From NCBI GenBank assembly GCA_965112735.1, contig OZ218950.1, forward strand, positions 3,348,001 to 3,412,000: a DNA stretch of 64,000 bases. The letters are read 5' to 3'. The number at the start of each line of letters is the position of its first letter. The stretch's first letter is position 1. Under the pieces are notes generated by a model, which did not search any database, had not been told where the DNA came from, and saw only the letters and a list, made by a program, of their open reading frames with translations. This document shows positions 11,720 to 24,315 of the stretch, piece after piece. This DNA is from Phaeosaccion multiseriatum. Lineage: Eukaryota > Protista > Ochrophyta, other classes. Both the position numbers and the translations under genes were made by a program.

Positions 11720-12715
11720 TGAGAAAGCAGCAGCAGCAGCCGCAGCAGCAGCCGCAGCAGCAGCGAAACACCAGTAGTAGGGAGTAGCAGCAGCAGCAGC
11801 AGCAAACAGGGCCAATAACCGCAGTAGTAGCAGGAGCAGCAACATGCTCGAACCAGAGGTAAAGAAGTGCCGCCCCCTGTAGCACTTAGCACCTGAGCAG
11901 GGTGCAGTGTGTGTGTGTGTGGATCACAGCAGTGTGGAGCACCAACACGAATATCTTTCCTTCGATTGGTCGCAGCACACGGCACACAAAACGGGCTGCT
12001 AAGGAACGCGCTGACGAGGACGGCTTTGCTTTGCCCTTACAGGCCCGATGCGTGGGGAGGGGGGCGTGTTATCAGTGAAGCGCTCTCTCGTCTCGGTGCG
12101 TCGCTTGATTTGAGAACAAGACTGCAACAGCTTGGCAGCATTAGCACGGCAGGGCAAGGACCAAACGAGTGCCATCCAGCAATGGGGTGCCGCGAGCTAC
12201 GGGCAGTCGGAACGGATAAGAGCAATAGAGCGAAGCCAGGGGGACAGCAGCGGCCGTCTCAATGTCGTCAGAGCGTGGATCCATACCGCACAAGAGGAGG
12301 AAGGACCGCAACCCCCACACCAGACCCGCTGCTGAGAAGCTGTGCTGTCTACTGCTGCTCGTCTCCCCTTGTAGGCGCGTGATTCTCTGAGGGGGAGGAG
12401 GTTCGACAGTTGGACGGGCTCTGGCGGCTCTCTTCGTGTGCGGTCTCGCCGCCCCCCTCTGGGTTCGCTACTGCCCTTTGGCCTGGGGGGGGGGCAGGGG
12501 AGAGAAGCCGGTCGCACGAGGCGAAGGAGGCGCACCCCATGCCAAGTAAATTCAAGCAAGAACAAAGAGAAGTAGACTACACATCAATCTTGCCCCCGAC
12601 AACCCTCGTTTGCTTCACTCTCCTGTCGTTTGCTTCCTACTCCTCTTTCCCGTTTGCTTCACTCTCTTCTCTCCACTCTAGTCCTTGGTGAGGCTTCTCT
12701 CTCCTCTTTCCTACT

Positions 12716-15186
12716 CTAGTCATTGCTGAGGCCGAGGTAGTGATACCGCCGACGTTGAGTGTCCACGCCCTCAAGTCCCCCGCTGTGCACGTACAGCAGC
12801 GTCTCGTCCGCGGCCACGAGCGGAGCCTTCTCTCTCTCGGCTCTCCTGTCTCCTCGGCCCTCCTCCTGCTCCTGCTCCTGCTGCTGCCCCCCCTCGTCCT
12901 CCTCCTCGTCCTCCTCCTCGTCCTCCTCCTCCCCCTCCTCCTCCTCTTGCTCCGGCCAGTTCTCGAAGAGCACCTCCCATGTTCGCGGGCCATAGAGGAG
13001 ATCTACGGACAGACCTGCGGCCTGTCATCGACGCAAATCAAGGAGACGAAAATATGGGAAAGAAGGAGGTGGGAGACAGTTGTGTGGAACCAAAAAAAGT
13101 GGCACAGGGGAGCACTGTGCGCGCCATCAATGGAAGCGGTCCGGTCCATCCTTACCCTTGCTTACCTCAAGCTCTTGCCACACGTCGAGCAGTGCCAGTC
13201 GCGGCTGCCCAAATTGCTCTTTTCGGGCCCCCTCAAGGACCATAGGAAGGCTCCTCTTCGGCACTCCGGTTGAATCATCATCAGCATTACCTGCTGCTGT
13301 TGCCGCTGCTACTACTACTCCTGGTGGTGGTGGTGGTGCGGCTGCTTCCCTCCGCTCATCTCCTAGTGATGGTGTTGACTGACCAGTAGCAGCAGTAGCA
13401 GCAGTATCAGCGAGTATGTGCATCTGCTTGGTGAGGTATGCAGCGTCCCCGACACAGGGTACCGTCACCACACGAATGCCCGGCCGAGCGCTGAGGTGAG
13501 ACGCGAGGAATAGAGCCGTTGTGCCTGAAACGATGCGGGAGGGGAAGAAGGGATAACACGACGGCGACAGAATCACACAACAGCACGTAGACAGATCGAG
13601 GGTACGGAACGATTTGAGAATCGAGGTCAGAGGGTACAATAGGCGCGGCCAAAGGAACAGGATGTGACGTACGCAGGCACTCAGGCACTGACGCACGCAC
13701 CTACGCACCCACCTGTGCCCGATGGGAGCACCACAACAAGCTTGCAGTCGTCATGTTCTCGGCTGTAGGCTGTGCTCACAAGAGCAGAACGAAGGCCCAA
13801 TACGCGAGAATGAGAGAGACGAACATCGAAGCACGATAGAGCACATTAGCGGACTTTCAGACGAGGTGACGGAGGAATAGAAACACACTACATGCGCTTA
13901 GGACGGAAAGCTGTGACTTTCTCTCCAACCTCCTCCCCCGGTCTTCCTCTCCTCCTCCTCCTCCTCCTCCTCCTCCTCCTCCTCCTCCTCAGTAATACCT
14001 TCATCTCCCTCACCCCAAATCTCTTGCGCAAGTCTCCTGCACCCCGCCTCTGCTCCTGGAAATGCCCCTCCCTGGGGTAACCACAGCCCCCCCTGGATGT
14101 CCTGCGGTGCAGCGGGCGAAGCCTGCGCGCCTTCGCTCTCGTCCTCGTTGTCCTTGAATGCCTAGACTCGGGAGAGGTCAGCACCCAAATCGCGTGCAAT
14201 ACTTGAGAACAGCGTAGGGGGTGCAACTGACTGCTCTTGTGTGTGGAGGCTACTCAACGCCTCTCTCTCTTATACACACAAACACACACCTTGGCGTACT
14301 CAGCAGTGTTCAGCTCCACAAACTCAGTCCCAAGAGAGAGTGCCAGGGCATAGGGCCCTCTCGGGTTTTTCCTCAACCATTTGGGGATGGGCTTGGTGAA
14401 GTATCTGAGCTTGGTGGGACCAAAAGACGAGGTCAGACAACAACATGATGGAGAATGGGGGGAGAAGAGCGTAGAGTAGCGCCCAGCCGTAAAGTATGCA
14501 CCTGAAGCTGCAGTTGGGCTTGGACGCGACGAGCCGTGCTATCGCGAGCATCGAGTTGCTCTGCGGAGAGAGAGCAACGCCGAGGGCACAATAAAGCATG
14601 AGACCTTGTGCAAAAAGAAGGCATCACTCGCGTATCATTACACACTCAAAGTGTGCTGCAGGTTTTGCCCCGTATCGGCTCCTCATCTCCTCTCCAACTC
14701 TCTCCAAGTGCTGCTCACCTGAGGCCCTCCGTGGCTTGCCACAACGTGCGGGAAAAGGGAGGCAGGCACTTCATTCAGGGCGTAGAGCTTCCTCGCCTTG
14801 TTTCCAGACAATCCGCTCACAGAAAGCGCCAGCCTGTCGTCGTGCTTCACCAACACTCGCCTCCCTCGAATGCAGTACTCCACCACAGGAGACGCCGCTG
14901 CTTTGACGCCATCTCCAGCACTACCGCTGCTGCTACTGCTGCGGCTACTACTGCTCATATCATCTCCGATCCTCTGGTGCTGAAAAACCCTCCTTTTTTC
15001 CCGAGATGGCGTGTTCGCCCTCTTCCTAAAGGTACGCCCCCACGGAGAGAGGAGTGTGCTGCTGCTTCGTCCGACAACGACATAGGCAGACACAGCAGTC
15101 GCCGAGCCAGACAGTATCAGCGTATTGAGGAGGGGAAGCATGAACGGCACTCCAATACCTCGGCGGCGGCGTCGCGGCTTCTCCAT
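12716..15186 (-). CDS. PLP-dependent D-cysteine desulfhydrase/ACC deaminase-like protein with bipartite plastid-type leader, ~7 exons
   Basis: VKHDD..SGNKARKL (PLP lysine), SHGGPQ/SNSMLAIA, LWLPQGGA, VVLPSGTG/TTALFL, DLLYGP, LYVHSGG; hydrophobic leader ending AVSA-YV then R/S-rich stretch. Confidence 0.85.
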
Positions 15187-15329
15187 GTGTCACATTCCAC
15201 ACAGCACGACCACGAGCGAGGAGTGGAGCACCAACACGAGAAGAACCATCTGTGAATTTTACTTTATTTTTATTTTTATTTTTTGTTTTTGTTTTTGTTT
15301 TTATTTTTATTTTTTTTCCTCCTCTCCCA

Positions 15330-15870
15330 ACCTATTCAACCTATGCCCACCCGGCACCTCGACCTAACCCTGAGTAACAACATTTGCAGGACGGCCTTGA
15401 TCGTGCTCCACACGGACACCAGACCGGGAGCGGCAGCAGCCCACAGCGAGACCCGCAAGGAGCGGCACTATGCCGGCACCTACGACCGAGAGCGTTCTAG
15501 AGAGCGTGTTCGCTCGATGTTCGCGTCACCACCTTCGCCATCGAGACCCACGGACGACTCGGCGCACAGGCGCAATCGCTCCTACACGCACTCGCCGAGC
15601 ACGTGGTCTCCCGCACGGGTCGCACTGGCTCCTCCACCACCAAGGGCCACGTCCTGACCAGACTTCGCCGTCTCGTCAGCTGCAGCCACCAGATGTGGCT
15701 CTCGGAGCGAGAACGCGCCTTCTTGGGTCGGCTCAACCGCGGAGCTGGTCCTGCACTCCCCCTCCCCGACCAAGAGGGGGAGTAACCGGCCCCTCGAGGG
15801 CCCCGGAGACACAGAGATACATGCACAAGGGAAGGGAAGGGATTATTAAGTCAATTAAATATCCTCCTCC
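15330..15870 (+). mobile_element. 5'-truncated, frameshifted non-LTR retrotransposon remnant (restriction-like endonuclease C-terminus, CRE-like) plus 3' UTR
   Basis: Two frames give RHLDLTL..PGAAAAHSETRKERHYAG and FAIETHGRLGAQAQSLLHALAEH..VLTRLRRLVSCS; these match the A..E..K..Y and F..E(T/S).G..G motifs of RLE-clade LINEs; stop at 15783-15785. Confidence 0.75.
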
Positions 15871-16202
15871 TGTCTTCCCTCTTCTTGTCACGAAGCCAGA
15901 ACACTTGTTCAGGTAACATTCTAGAGCGAGTCGCCCATGCTGCAGTTACCACACGTGTAATGAGACCAGTCGGCCGCCGCCCGTTGCTCAGGGGCATGAC
16001 CTTTGGTCGTCATTTGTCCCTTGTTCGCTTGAAGGTATACACTGCTACTCTGTTCATATGTTTGCTCGCTCTCTCGAGCTCGCAGTTTTTATTCCGGTGC
16101 CCGTCTTTGTGGGAGACTCTGAAATCTCTCCCACTCTTCTGTTCGTGCCCCCCCCCCACCCCTCTATTCCCCCCATCCGTATCTCCAGTCTCCGCCAGCC
16201 TC

Positions 16203-19200
16203 TTACTCTCTCTCTGCCCCCTCGCCTGCTGTTGCTGCTGCTGCTAGCTGCTGGTCTATCCAGTCAGCACCGTCGACACCCTCGTCTTGGCCGTCCTCTG
16301 TCTTCTTCGCCATCACGCCCCCCCTCGGGATGAATCCGGAGCCGGAAACGTGGAGGGAAGGGAACTGCACCGGTGATGGGCCTAGGCTTTCCTCGTCCTC
16401 CTCCTCGGCACCGCCCACCGCCTTCTGGTGCGCCCCCTCCTCTTCGACGGCGTCGAACGTGGTTTCTGCGGCAGGCAAGGTGCCCAAGTCCGCAAGCCAA
16501 ATCTTGTCGTTAGACTGTGGGTGCGGCGAGTCTTTCGCTGACCGCCGAGGGCTGAAATTCAGAGAAGCTCCGAAGCCTAACCCAGACGTGATTCCGAGCG
16601 CTTTGGTCACTCCCAACCCCTTCACCACTTGCGGCGGTGGTCCAGCCTGCTCAGTAAAGAGGCGAGCGATGCTCTGCCAAGTCATGTGAAGGTTCTCGAG
16701 AACGAGCAGGCCAAAGACGCGCAGCCAGGTCCTCAGCGAGACCGGCATCAGTTCTCCTTCCCCCCCCCCTCCCCTTCCACTTCCTCCTCCTCCTGCAGCA
16801 GCGAGCTGCAAATGCCGCTCGCGCTGGGCCTTAATGGCAGCGGCCCTCTCCATCTCGCGCTGGCGACGACGGTGCACCAACATGGCAAGAGTGTCCATGA
16901 AGATGGGCGTAATGAGTGCCAGCACCGCGAGGAGCTGCAGACTTACCTTGAATACACCCAACCGAGACGACCCTTGCAAGGAAGTGCGTGTCTCCTCCTC
17001 CTCCTCCTCCTCCACCACTACCTCCTGCCCGAGCCCTTGTTCGCTGAGGCTGGTGTTGAGGTGAGAAACATCCACCCCGATGAGTCCCAGGGTCACAATG
17101 TTGACCAGCCACATGAGGAAGCCCAGACCGTTTATGGCGCTATTGGCGTAAGGTCGGGCCCAGACAAACACCACAAAGTCCAGCAGCAGAACAAACAGGA
17201 GAGTCAGGACCTGGTCCTTGGGCTCCTGCACGTACCCCGCCACCAAGCCTAGGATGGCTACTTTGGCCATGTTGACCGGCAGGTACCAGTCTGCCCCTCC
17301 GTGGTAGTCCACAAAGACAGGCGCATAGGCGATGAGCTGTTTCTCCAATTGGCGACCCCTGGACTCCCAATACCCGCCGTCGAACTTGCTGAGTACGGAG
17401 GCGCCGTACTGGCAAGACTGTCCCCACGATGCCCGGGCCCCCTGGACAGTTTCTCCGAACTTGTGCTTGAGGGTGGACATAGCGTTGAAGGCCTTGTTCT
17501 TCTCCGGGAAAGCGGAGGAGGGGGAGGAGGAGGAGGACGAGGAGGAGGAGCCTCCCTTGCCACTGGTTTTGCTCCCTCTCTTCTTCCTCGCCCGCTTGGC
17601 CTTGGCCTTCGCCTTGCCCTCTCCCTCCGAACGATCTGCGAGCTCGTCTCTGGCGCGCTGTCCTTGCCGCCCCCCCCGCTCCCCCCCCTCCTCCTCCGCC
17701 TCCTCCTCCTCCTCCTCCTCCTTCCCCTCCTCCCCATCCTCGTTACCCAGCCAGCTCCTCTCTACGAAGCGTGCTGACTTGGTCAGCCTCTGAAGCCGAG
17801 TGGTGAGGAAGGCGAAGAGCGCAATGACCATCGGGATGAGCACCACCCCCGCATACACGACCTTGCAGCGCATGGTTTGAAGGAACCCTTCCGATCCGTC
17901 TCCTCCCCCTCGGAATCCCGCTGCCTGTGCCGCGAACGTTCCTCCGAAGCAAAACAGCCCCGCCACGATCTCCACATGGGGGAAATAGAGCAGCGCCAGT
18001 GAGCTCTTGTTATGGAGCGTCTCAATGAGTTCGTCTGGGTCGATGTCGTCGTCTTCGTATCGGCTTTTCCTGCTTCTGCTCATGTTGGTGATATTGCCAC
18101 TCGTCTGGCGAGAATCGGGGCGAGAAGCGGGAAGCTTGCCCTCCAGTTGGGCCTTGCGCTTTGAGGCAGGGGACAGGGCTCCCAGCATGCACATCCGTGG
18201 GGTGCTGCTGCCGCTGGAGCAGCTGGCTTGGGAAGACGAAGAGCGAGAAGATGAAGAAGAGTACGACGAAGACGACGACGAAGAACGAGAAGAAGAAGAA
18301 GAAGAAGATGATGATGCCGAAGATTTGCCTCCTTCTGCTGCTCTTGCTGCTGCTGCTCGTGCTACGGCGGCGTCTCTCGTGGCGTTCAAGTCGATCTCGT
18401 GCTCCACCCCACCCGCGTCACTCACGACATCGGTGGCGTCGTCACTCGACTCACTCATCGGATGGGCCACAGTCGCGCTCTCGTCATCTCCCTCCACCAC
18501 TGTGTCAATAACATGACGTCCGACCCGGTCACTTCCCCCCGTTGCGCTGAGCCTCGCACTCCCACCCAACGACGCCGACGGGCCGACTCTCCCACAGTTA
18601 CCGTGCGCGGATCCGTGCGCAGAGCCATGCGCAGAGCCATGCGTAGAGCCCGGGGCGGACGAAGGCGCAGAAGAGCAGTCGCTGCCCGGTGCGCTGCTTC
18701 CCGGGGCGCTGCTTCCCGGTGCGCTGCGACCTCGGCTGCCGAAGGATGAGTTTGTACCATTGAAGGAGACGGCGACATCGCTGCCTGGGGCACTTCGACG
18801 CCCCCTCCACCCCCTCCACCCCCTGCGCACCCGCTCACTCGCGGCGGCGCTGCTTGCGGTGGGTGACACAGAGTACGCCATGGAAGAAGCCCGGACAGAG
18901 GAGGCGCCCTCAGAGGAAGGCTCCGCCCGCATACCGCCTACAATGTCCGCAAAGCTTGGCAAGGGGAGGCCGCCGGCCCCCGGTGTCCACTTGCCATCTA
19001 CTCTACCCCACACGTTGCCGCCCTCCCTGGACGAAAAGATGTTCTCTCCAATGAGGCCAGAGGCGTTGTGTGAGTGGTCCGAGTAGGCTTGGCTCACTTC
19101 GTGGATGTTGGTGATGGGTTGCGCAGTGGGGTCCTTGTGGGCGTGGGCGGACAGGGAGAAGACACTCTCGCTCCTCGCCTTGCCACTGCTGGGCGAATAG

Positions 19201-22200
19201 GCGCCAAAGTCGTGGTGGCGGCGATGGATATCGACATCCACAGCGTCATTGTGGTCAAAGTCGAGGTCCTGCGCGATGCTCTGTGACACCTTCGACGCAC
19301 TGTCTCTCCCGCTCCGTCCTCCTCCTCTTCGTCGTCGTCCTCGTCCTCTTCCTCCTCTCGCCTCCTTCCTCCTCCTCTCCTTGGTCAACCAATTTGCGCC
19401 AAGCACCGAGGCCAAGAGAAGGTGCAGTACAAATACGATAGACAGCACAAGCAGCACCATCAGCGCGTTGCCGGCCAGCACCGAAGACTGGAGCCCGAGC
19501 ACGCCCGGTCGGTCCGACGAGAGAGAGCAGTCGTCTTCAGAGTCTTCAGAGTCTTCAGAGGCGTCGTCGCCGGAGGAGGAGGAAGCATAGATGGAATCCG
19601 CTTCCCACCAGAGGTTGACGGCTCGGAGACCTTTGGTAAAGGCTCGCCATTCTAGAGACGAGGCTTGAGGGGCAACGATACTGAAGGTGGCCAGCATTTG
19701 CAGTTGTAGAACCAACAGCTGTGGATGATGCCCCACACAAGGAGGAAGAAAGGCCGAAAGAGAGAGGGGAGAGAGAGGGAGAGAGAGAGAAGAAGCAGGA
19801 CTGGTTAGTTTGTGTCTATCGACCAGACTGACAATGTATCGATTCAAAGTAGCGGCCACCAGACAAAGATAGGCAGACGCACGCCGCACGCACGCACGTA
19901 CGCACGCCCGCACGCACGCACGTCCGCCCGCACGCACGCCAGCCCGCCCGCAAAAAAATGACGAAACAAAACAAAAGACTCACCACAGCCAAGGTAGAGG
20001 ACGGAAGCCTCTGCATGACAGTGTTGCACGCCTTCTTGCCCAGCTTGGAGGGCGCATCCGACGAGAAGGCGGCGGATCGCGCCGCTGCAGACGAGGCCGA
20101 GACCGACGAGCGGGCCCCTAGGAGTACACTGCACGCCACAGCAATGATGGACAGCACCAGCAGCGCCACACTCGCCCCTCTGGACATGTCGACGGATGGG
20201 TCTCCAGGCTCGGCCGCCTTGCCATGGCCGAGGAATCCCGGAAGATCACCCCCTCCTCCTCCCCCTCCCCTCTCCTTGAGGATGAAATCACCCGTGCCCA
20301 TGGCCACAAAGGCGTCCGTGCCTCCCTGGGAAGTGTCAAACAGACTCCCTGAGGTGTAGCCCACGACAGACACATCGCCAGTGGTGGTGGTGGTGGTGGT
20401 AGGGGCAGGGTCACCCGTCACACCCCCAGGGGTCCTTGCGTTGTCGTTGTTCTTGTCCTCCCTGGTCGTTGTTGTCGTTTTCGTTGTGGTCATGTCGACG
20501 AGAGCGAGGCCCGACTCGATGGTGTCAGAGCCGCCCCCCTGGGTGCCTGCAAAGATTTCCGAGCCGTCTTCCAGGGCCAGCTTGAGGAGGAGAACGTCGC
20601 CATCTGACGATCCCGTAGCCACAACTTGGTCAGTCCCGTCCACGATGACGGCAAAAGCCCGTCCGGTGAAGCTGTCTGCAGAGGAATAGCTCCACTGGAC
20701 AGCTCCATCGACGCCCGACAGGAGGAGCACAGCCACGGAGTCCGTCCCATCAACCGAGTTGCTTTGGGTGTGGGTGTGGGGGAGTGGGGGTGTGGGGGTG
20801 TGGTTGTGAGGGGGTTGAGGGAGGATGGCGATGAGGGATTGGGGGTGAGGGATAATGCCTTCGGAGAGCAAGCGAAAGGGGCAAGCAACCACGCCACCAC
20901 ACGTGGAGGGGGTGAGGGGAGGAGGTGAACTACCCGCACCGTACACGGCACACAAGAAAACCCTCAGCAGCACGTACCCGAATCCAGCCACCACGACATT
21001 GCCGGTCTTGTCCAGCGCCACAGACGTAGCCACGAGTCCGGGAAGCTCCCTCTCCCACTCCACCCCGCCCTCCTCCATGCCGAGCTTGGTGACGATAGCC
21101 TTGTCGGTGAAAACCCTCGCCTCAGTGTCAAAGATGTCTCCCGAGGACACCCCGCCTACTGCGTAGGCGAAGAGGTCGTCCGTGTCCAGCCCGTGCACCC
21201 TGGCGCCCCCTTCTATCGTGTACAACCAACTGGTGAAGGCCTCCAGAGGAACGTCAAGCTCGCTCGGATATGTGCCCTTCAAGCGTCGTACCCACCCTGC
21301 GCCATCGGAGCTCCCTCCACCTGCGGAATAGGCTGCAGGCAGAGAGTACCCCGCCACAACCACGTCTGCAGCGGGGAATGGTCCGCCTCCCCCGCCTTGC
21401 TGTCCGGTCGCCTGAGTAGTGGCGCCTCCACCCTCGCCCACCGCACCCACTACCACCTCCACAGCCGTGGCATAGTCATCTCCTCGGGTGCCGTACTGAC
21501 ACCCGTCCACCACCACCCCTGTATTAGCGTCGACGAGAAGCACCAACACGTCGGTGCCCCCCTTACTCGGTCCGAACCAATCACCCCGAGTGGAGCCGGC
21601 CACAACCACGGAGGAGGTGGAGGCGTCGAATGAGACTGCATTGGCCTCGTCCGATGTCTGCGTGCCCGGCGTTACGAACCAAAGCACCTCACCGGACGCG
21701 GCGTTGAGGGCTGCTGCAAAGATGTCCTCATTCTCCTCCTCCTCCTCCTGTGCCCTCCTGCTACGACTCTTATTGCTGCTGAACGATGGCATTGCCTCCG
21801 AGCCCCGAAGGTTCCTGTGTTGCTCCTGTCCCTCCTGCTGCCCCTGCCCCCGCTGCTGCTGCTCCTCAATGGCGATGTGAATCTCGGCCGTCAGTGTGTC
21901 TAGAGCTCTCAACTGGCGCTGCCGCGTGTGCGACTCTTGTAAGGTCGTCCACAGTCCGGCAATGTACAGCACGTCGCCGGCAGGACTGCTTACGGCGGCC
22001 CTGCACTCGTCTGAGCCGCCGCTGCCTCTCTGCATTGTCGCGGCGCCTGCTGGGCTGCCCTCCTGAGAGGCTGATGGAGCGGGAGTTGTTGTTGGGTCGT
22101 CTCCCCTTGTCTCGTCTTCAATAACAGAAGGTGAGGGTGGGGCTGTGGGGGCTGCCGCCGATGGAGCTGCTGTTGGGGCTGCTGCTGCTACTGGCGCTCC

Positions 22201-23896
22201 TGTTGGAGCAGCCACAGGCGCTGCCGTCAGAGCTACCGTTGGAGCTGCTGTGGGAGCCTGAAAGTGAGGGAAAGGGGAGTGCAAATGAGCAACAGCCGTG
22301 CCGCATCGAATGAGAAACGCGCACACGCACACAAGAGTACATCGGTACCCGCAGCAGAAAGGGGTAAATATTGCAAGCGCAGGGAAGGCCAGTCAATCAT
22401 TGACCCCACCCACCAGAGTCGGTGCCACAGTTGGGGCAGCGGTTGGACCAGCGGTGGGCGCCTGAAAAAGACGATTCGGAAACAGGAGGCAAGAACAGAG
22501 AAAGAGCATTTGTTATGCATGCCAGCCGAAGCGAAACGAAAGGAAGCAGAGAAAAGCAGGAAAAAAGGAAGGAAGGAGGGCCAATCAATGGTAACGCGAA
22601 CCTGAGTCGGGGCTAAGGTTGGGGCAGCAGTCGGAGCCTTGGTCGGAGCCGCGGTAGGCGCAGCAGTGGGAGACAGCGTGGGGGTTGCAGTGGGAGCCTG
22701 CTCGACAGGAAAGCAAGTCGTGCGGGCACACAGTATGAGCAAGAAGAAAACCCCAAGCAGTAAGCTCTAAAGTCAAGAAGGGCAAGCTCCACAAGTTGAA
22801 GAAGTAAGGCGAAGGATGGCACACTGTCAGTCTCGTACCTGCGTCGGAGCTGCCGTTGGAGCTGCCGTTGGAGCTGCCGTTGGAGCTGCCGTTGGAGCTG
22901 CCGTTGGAGCTGCTGTCGGAGCCTGACAAGTGGGGATATTCAGAAACAGACATGAGCAGATCGCAAAGCATGTACAGAGAGGATGAGGATTCTACTTCAC
23001 ACATGCAGGCGCTGCTGTGGGAACCTGAAACAGGAGAGAACGGGGTGGAAATCAATACAATAGTACTTCCTTCGCATACGAGATATTCACCAGGGGACTA
23101 GCACGCACCTCAGTTGGAGGCGCTGTTGGCGGGACCGTGGGGGCCTGCAGACAAGGTACAGAGTTGGACGTCAACGATGCTATCAACGGCCAAAGGCTCA
23201 TAGAATGAAAAACCTCTCCACCACGGGACCAAGACTTGTCTGGTCCAATACGCACCTTAGTAGGCGGACGCGTTGGATATCTAGTCGGTGGATCTGTGGG
23301 CGGTATCGTCGGCGCAGCAGTTGGAGGGGGAGGGACAGCGCACGGAATGTGTGCGAATTCTCCCCACTCGCAGTATCGGCAGGCCACGTTCGCGCCCCCC
23401 ACATTGCAGCCCAGCCAAGACGTCCCTGCGGCGCAGCCAGGGTCTTCATAGCACGGCCTCTCTGGGCTGCATGAGGCGTTGCAGTACTCGCTGCACACAA
23501 AAAGAGCATGAATAAAAGGAGGCGTGGGCAGAAGAGCATGAATAAAAAGAGCAAGGGGCCGGGGAAGAGCGGGTGTTATAGAAGCGTTCTTTCCAGCTGG
23601 GCGCCATTGATTGCACGCCCTTCCCGGTGGAAGCCAAAGGCATCCTTCCACACCTCCTTCCAAATCCTTCCAAACAATGGGCAGCGTTCGCTGTTAGCAA
23701 GGTCCATAGTTCGAGGAGGAGGAACGTACCTTTGTTGCAGTGAGCGCCTGCTGCGTCGAGACGTGAACAGAAGCCCAGCTCCGTCGATCTCTACTGAGTC
23801 TTTCAATTTAGACCCATCGACCAACAGCGATTGTACTGCATATGAGCACAACGAGAGGATTAGGACCGTGGCCCTGCCGAACCCGGTACCGAACAT
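16203..23896 (-). CDS. Large receptor-like membrane protein: signal peptide, Cys-rich module, PTAAP stalk, SBBP-like beta-propeller, multi-TM domain resembling the fungal TRP/FLC family
   Basis: Leader ATVLILSLCSYAVQS; PCYEDPGC..LGCNVGG..CRYC; APTAAP exons; GTQTSDEANAV..VVVAGSTRG..GGTDV repeats; YAPVFVDY..WY..AILGLVAG..QV..ARPYANSAINGL TM block; long ORFs 19816-22332 and 16203-19937 joined by GT-AG introns. Confidence 0.8.
22846..22922 (-). repeat. 12-bp coding minisatellite (GCTCCAACGGCA) encoding (APTA)n
   Basis: About six tandem copies of ggagctgccgtt on the + strand. Confidence 0.9.
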
Positions 23897-24315
23897 GGTC
23901 ACCACAGACAAGCTGCAACGTGCCGCATACAAGCCTGCAGCAATGAGGAAAATCCAGACCTCCCTACGAAGCTGAAGGACCTTTCAGTTCGTCCTCTGCT
24001 CTTTTGTGTTGCCTAATTTGTTCAGTGCGGTGGGTGGGAAAAAAGAAAGGATCAACCGCCAAAACGAGGGGCAAATTTACAGGCGGTATTCATAGTTATT
24101 AGTTGCTGACATACGTGAATTTCTGTAACCATAATGGTGTCAAGCCCACTCGACGCCAATGGAGGTATAGGCCGAGGGGTAGCAGCAGCCTGCCCCTGTG
24201 ACACCTTGTGCGGAGACCCAAGCCTCACGCTTGCGCCTTTGAGGCCTTGTGGTGAGCCAGGCCTCGCTTCCACGTCTTGTATTTCGGCGTCTTAATTGGA
24301 TCGAGACCAGCCGTC

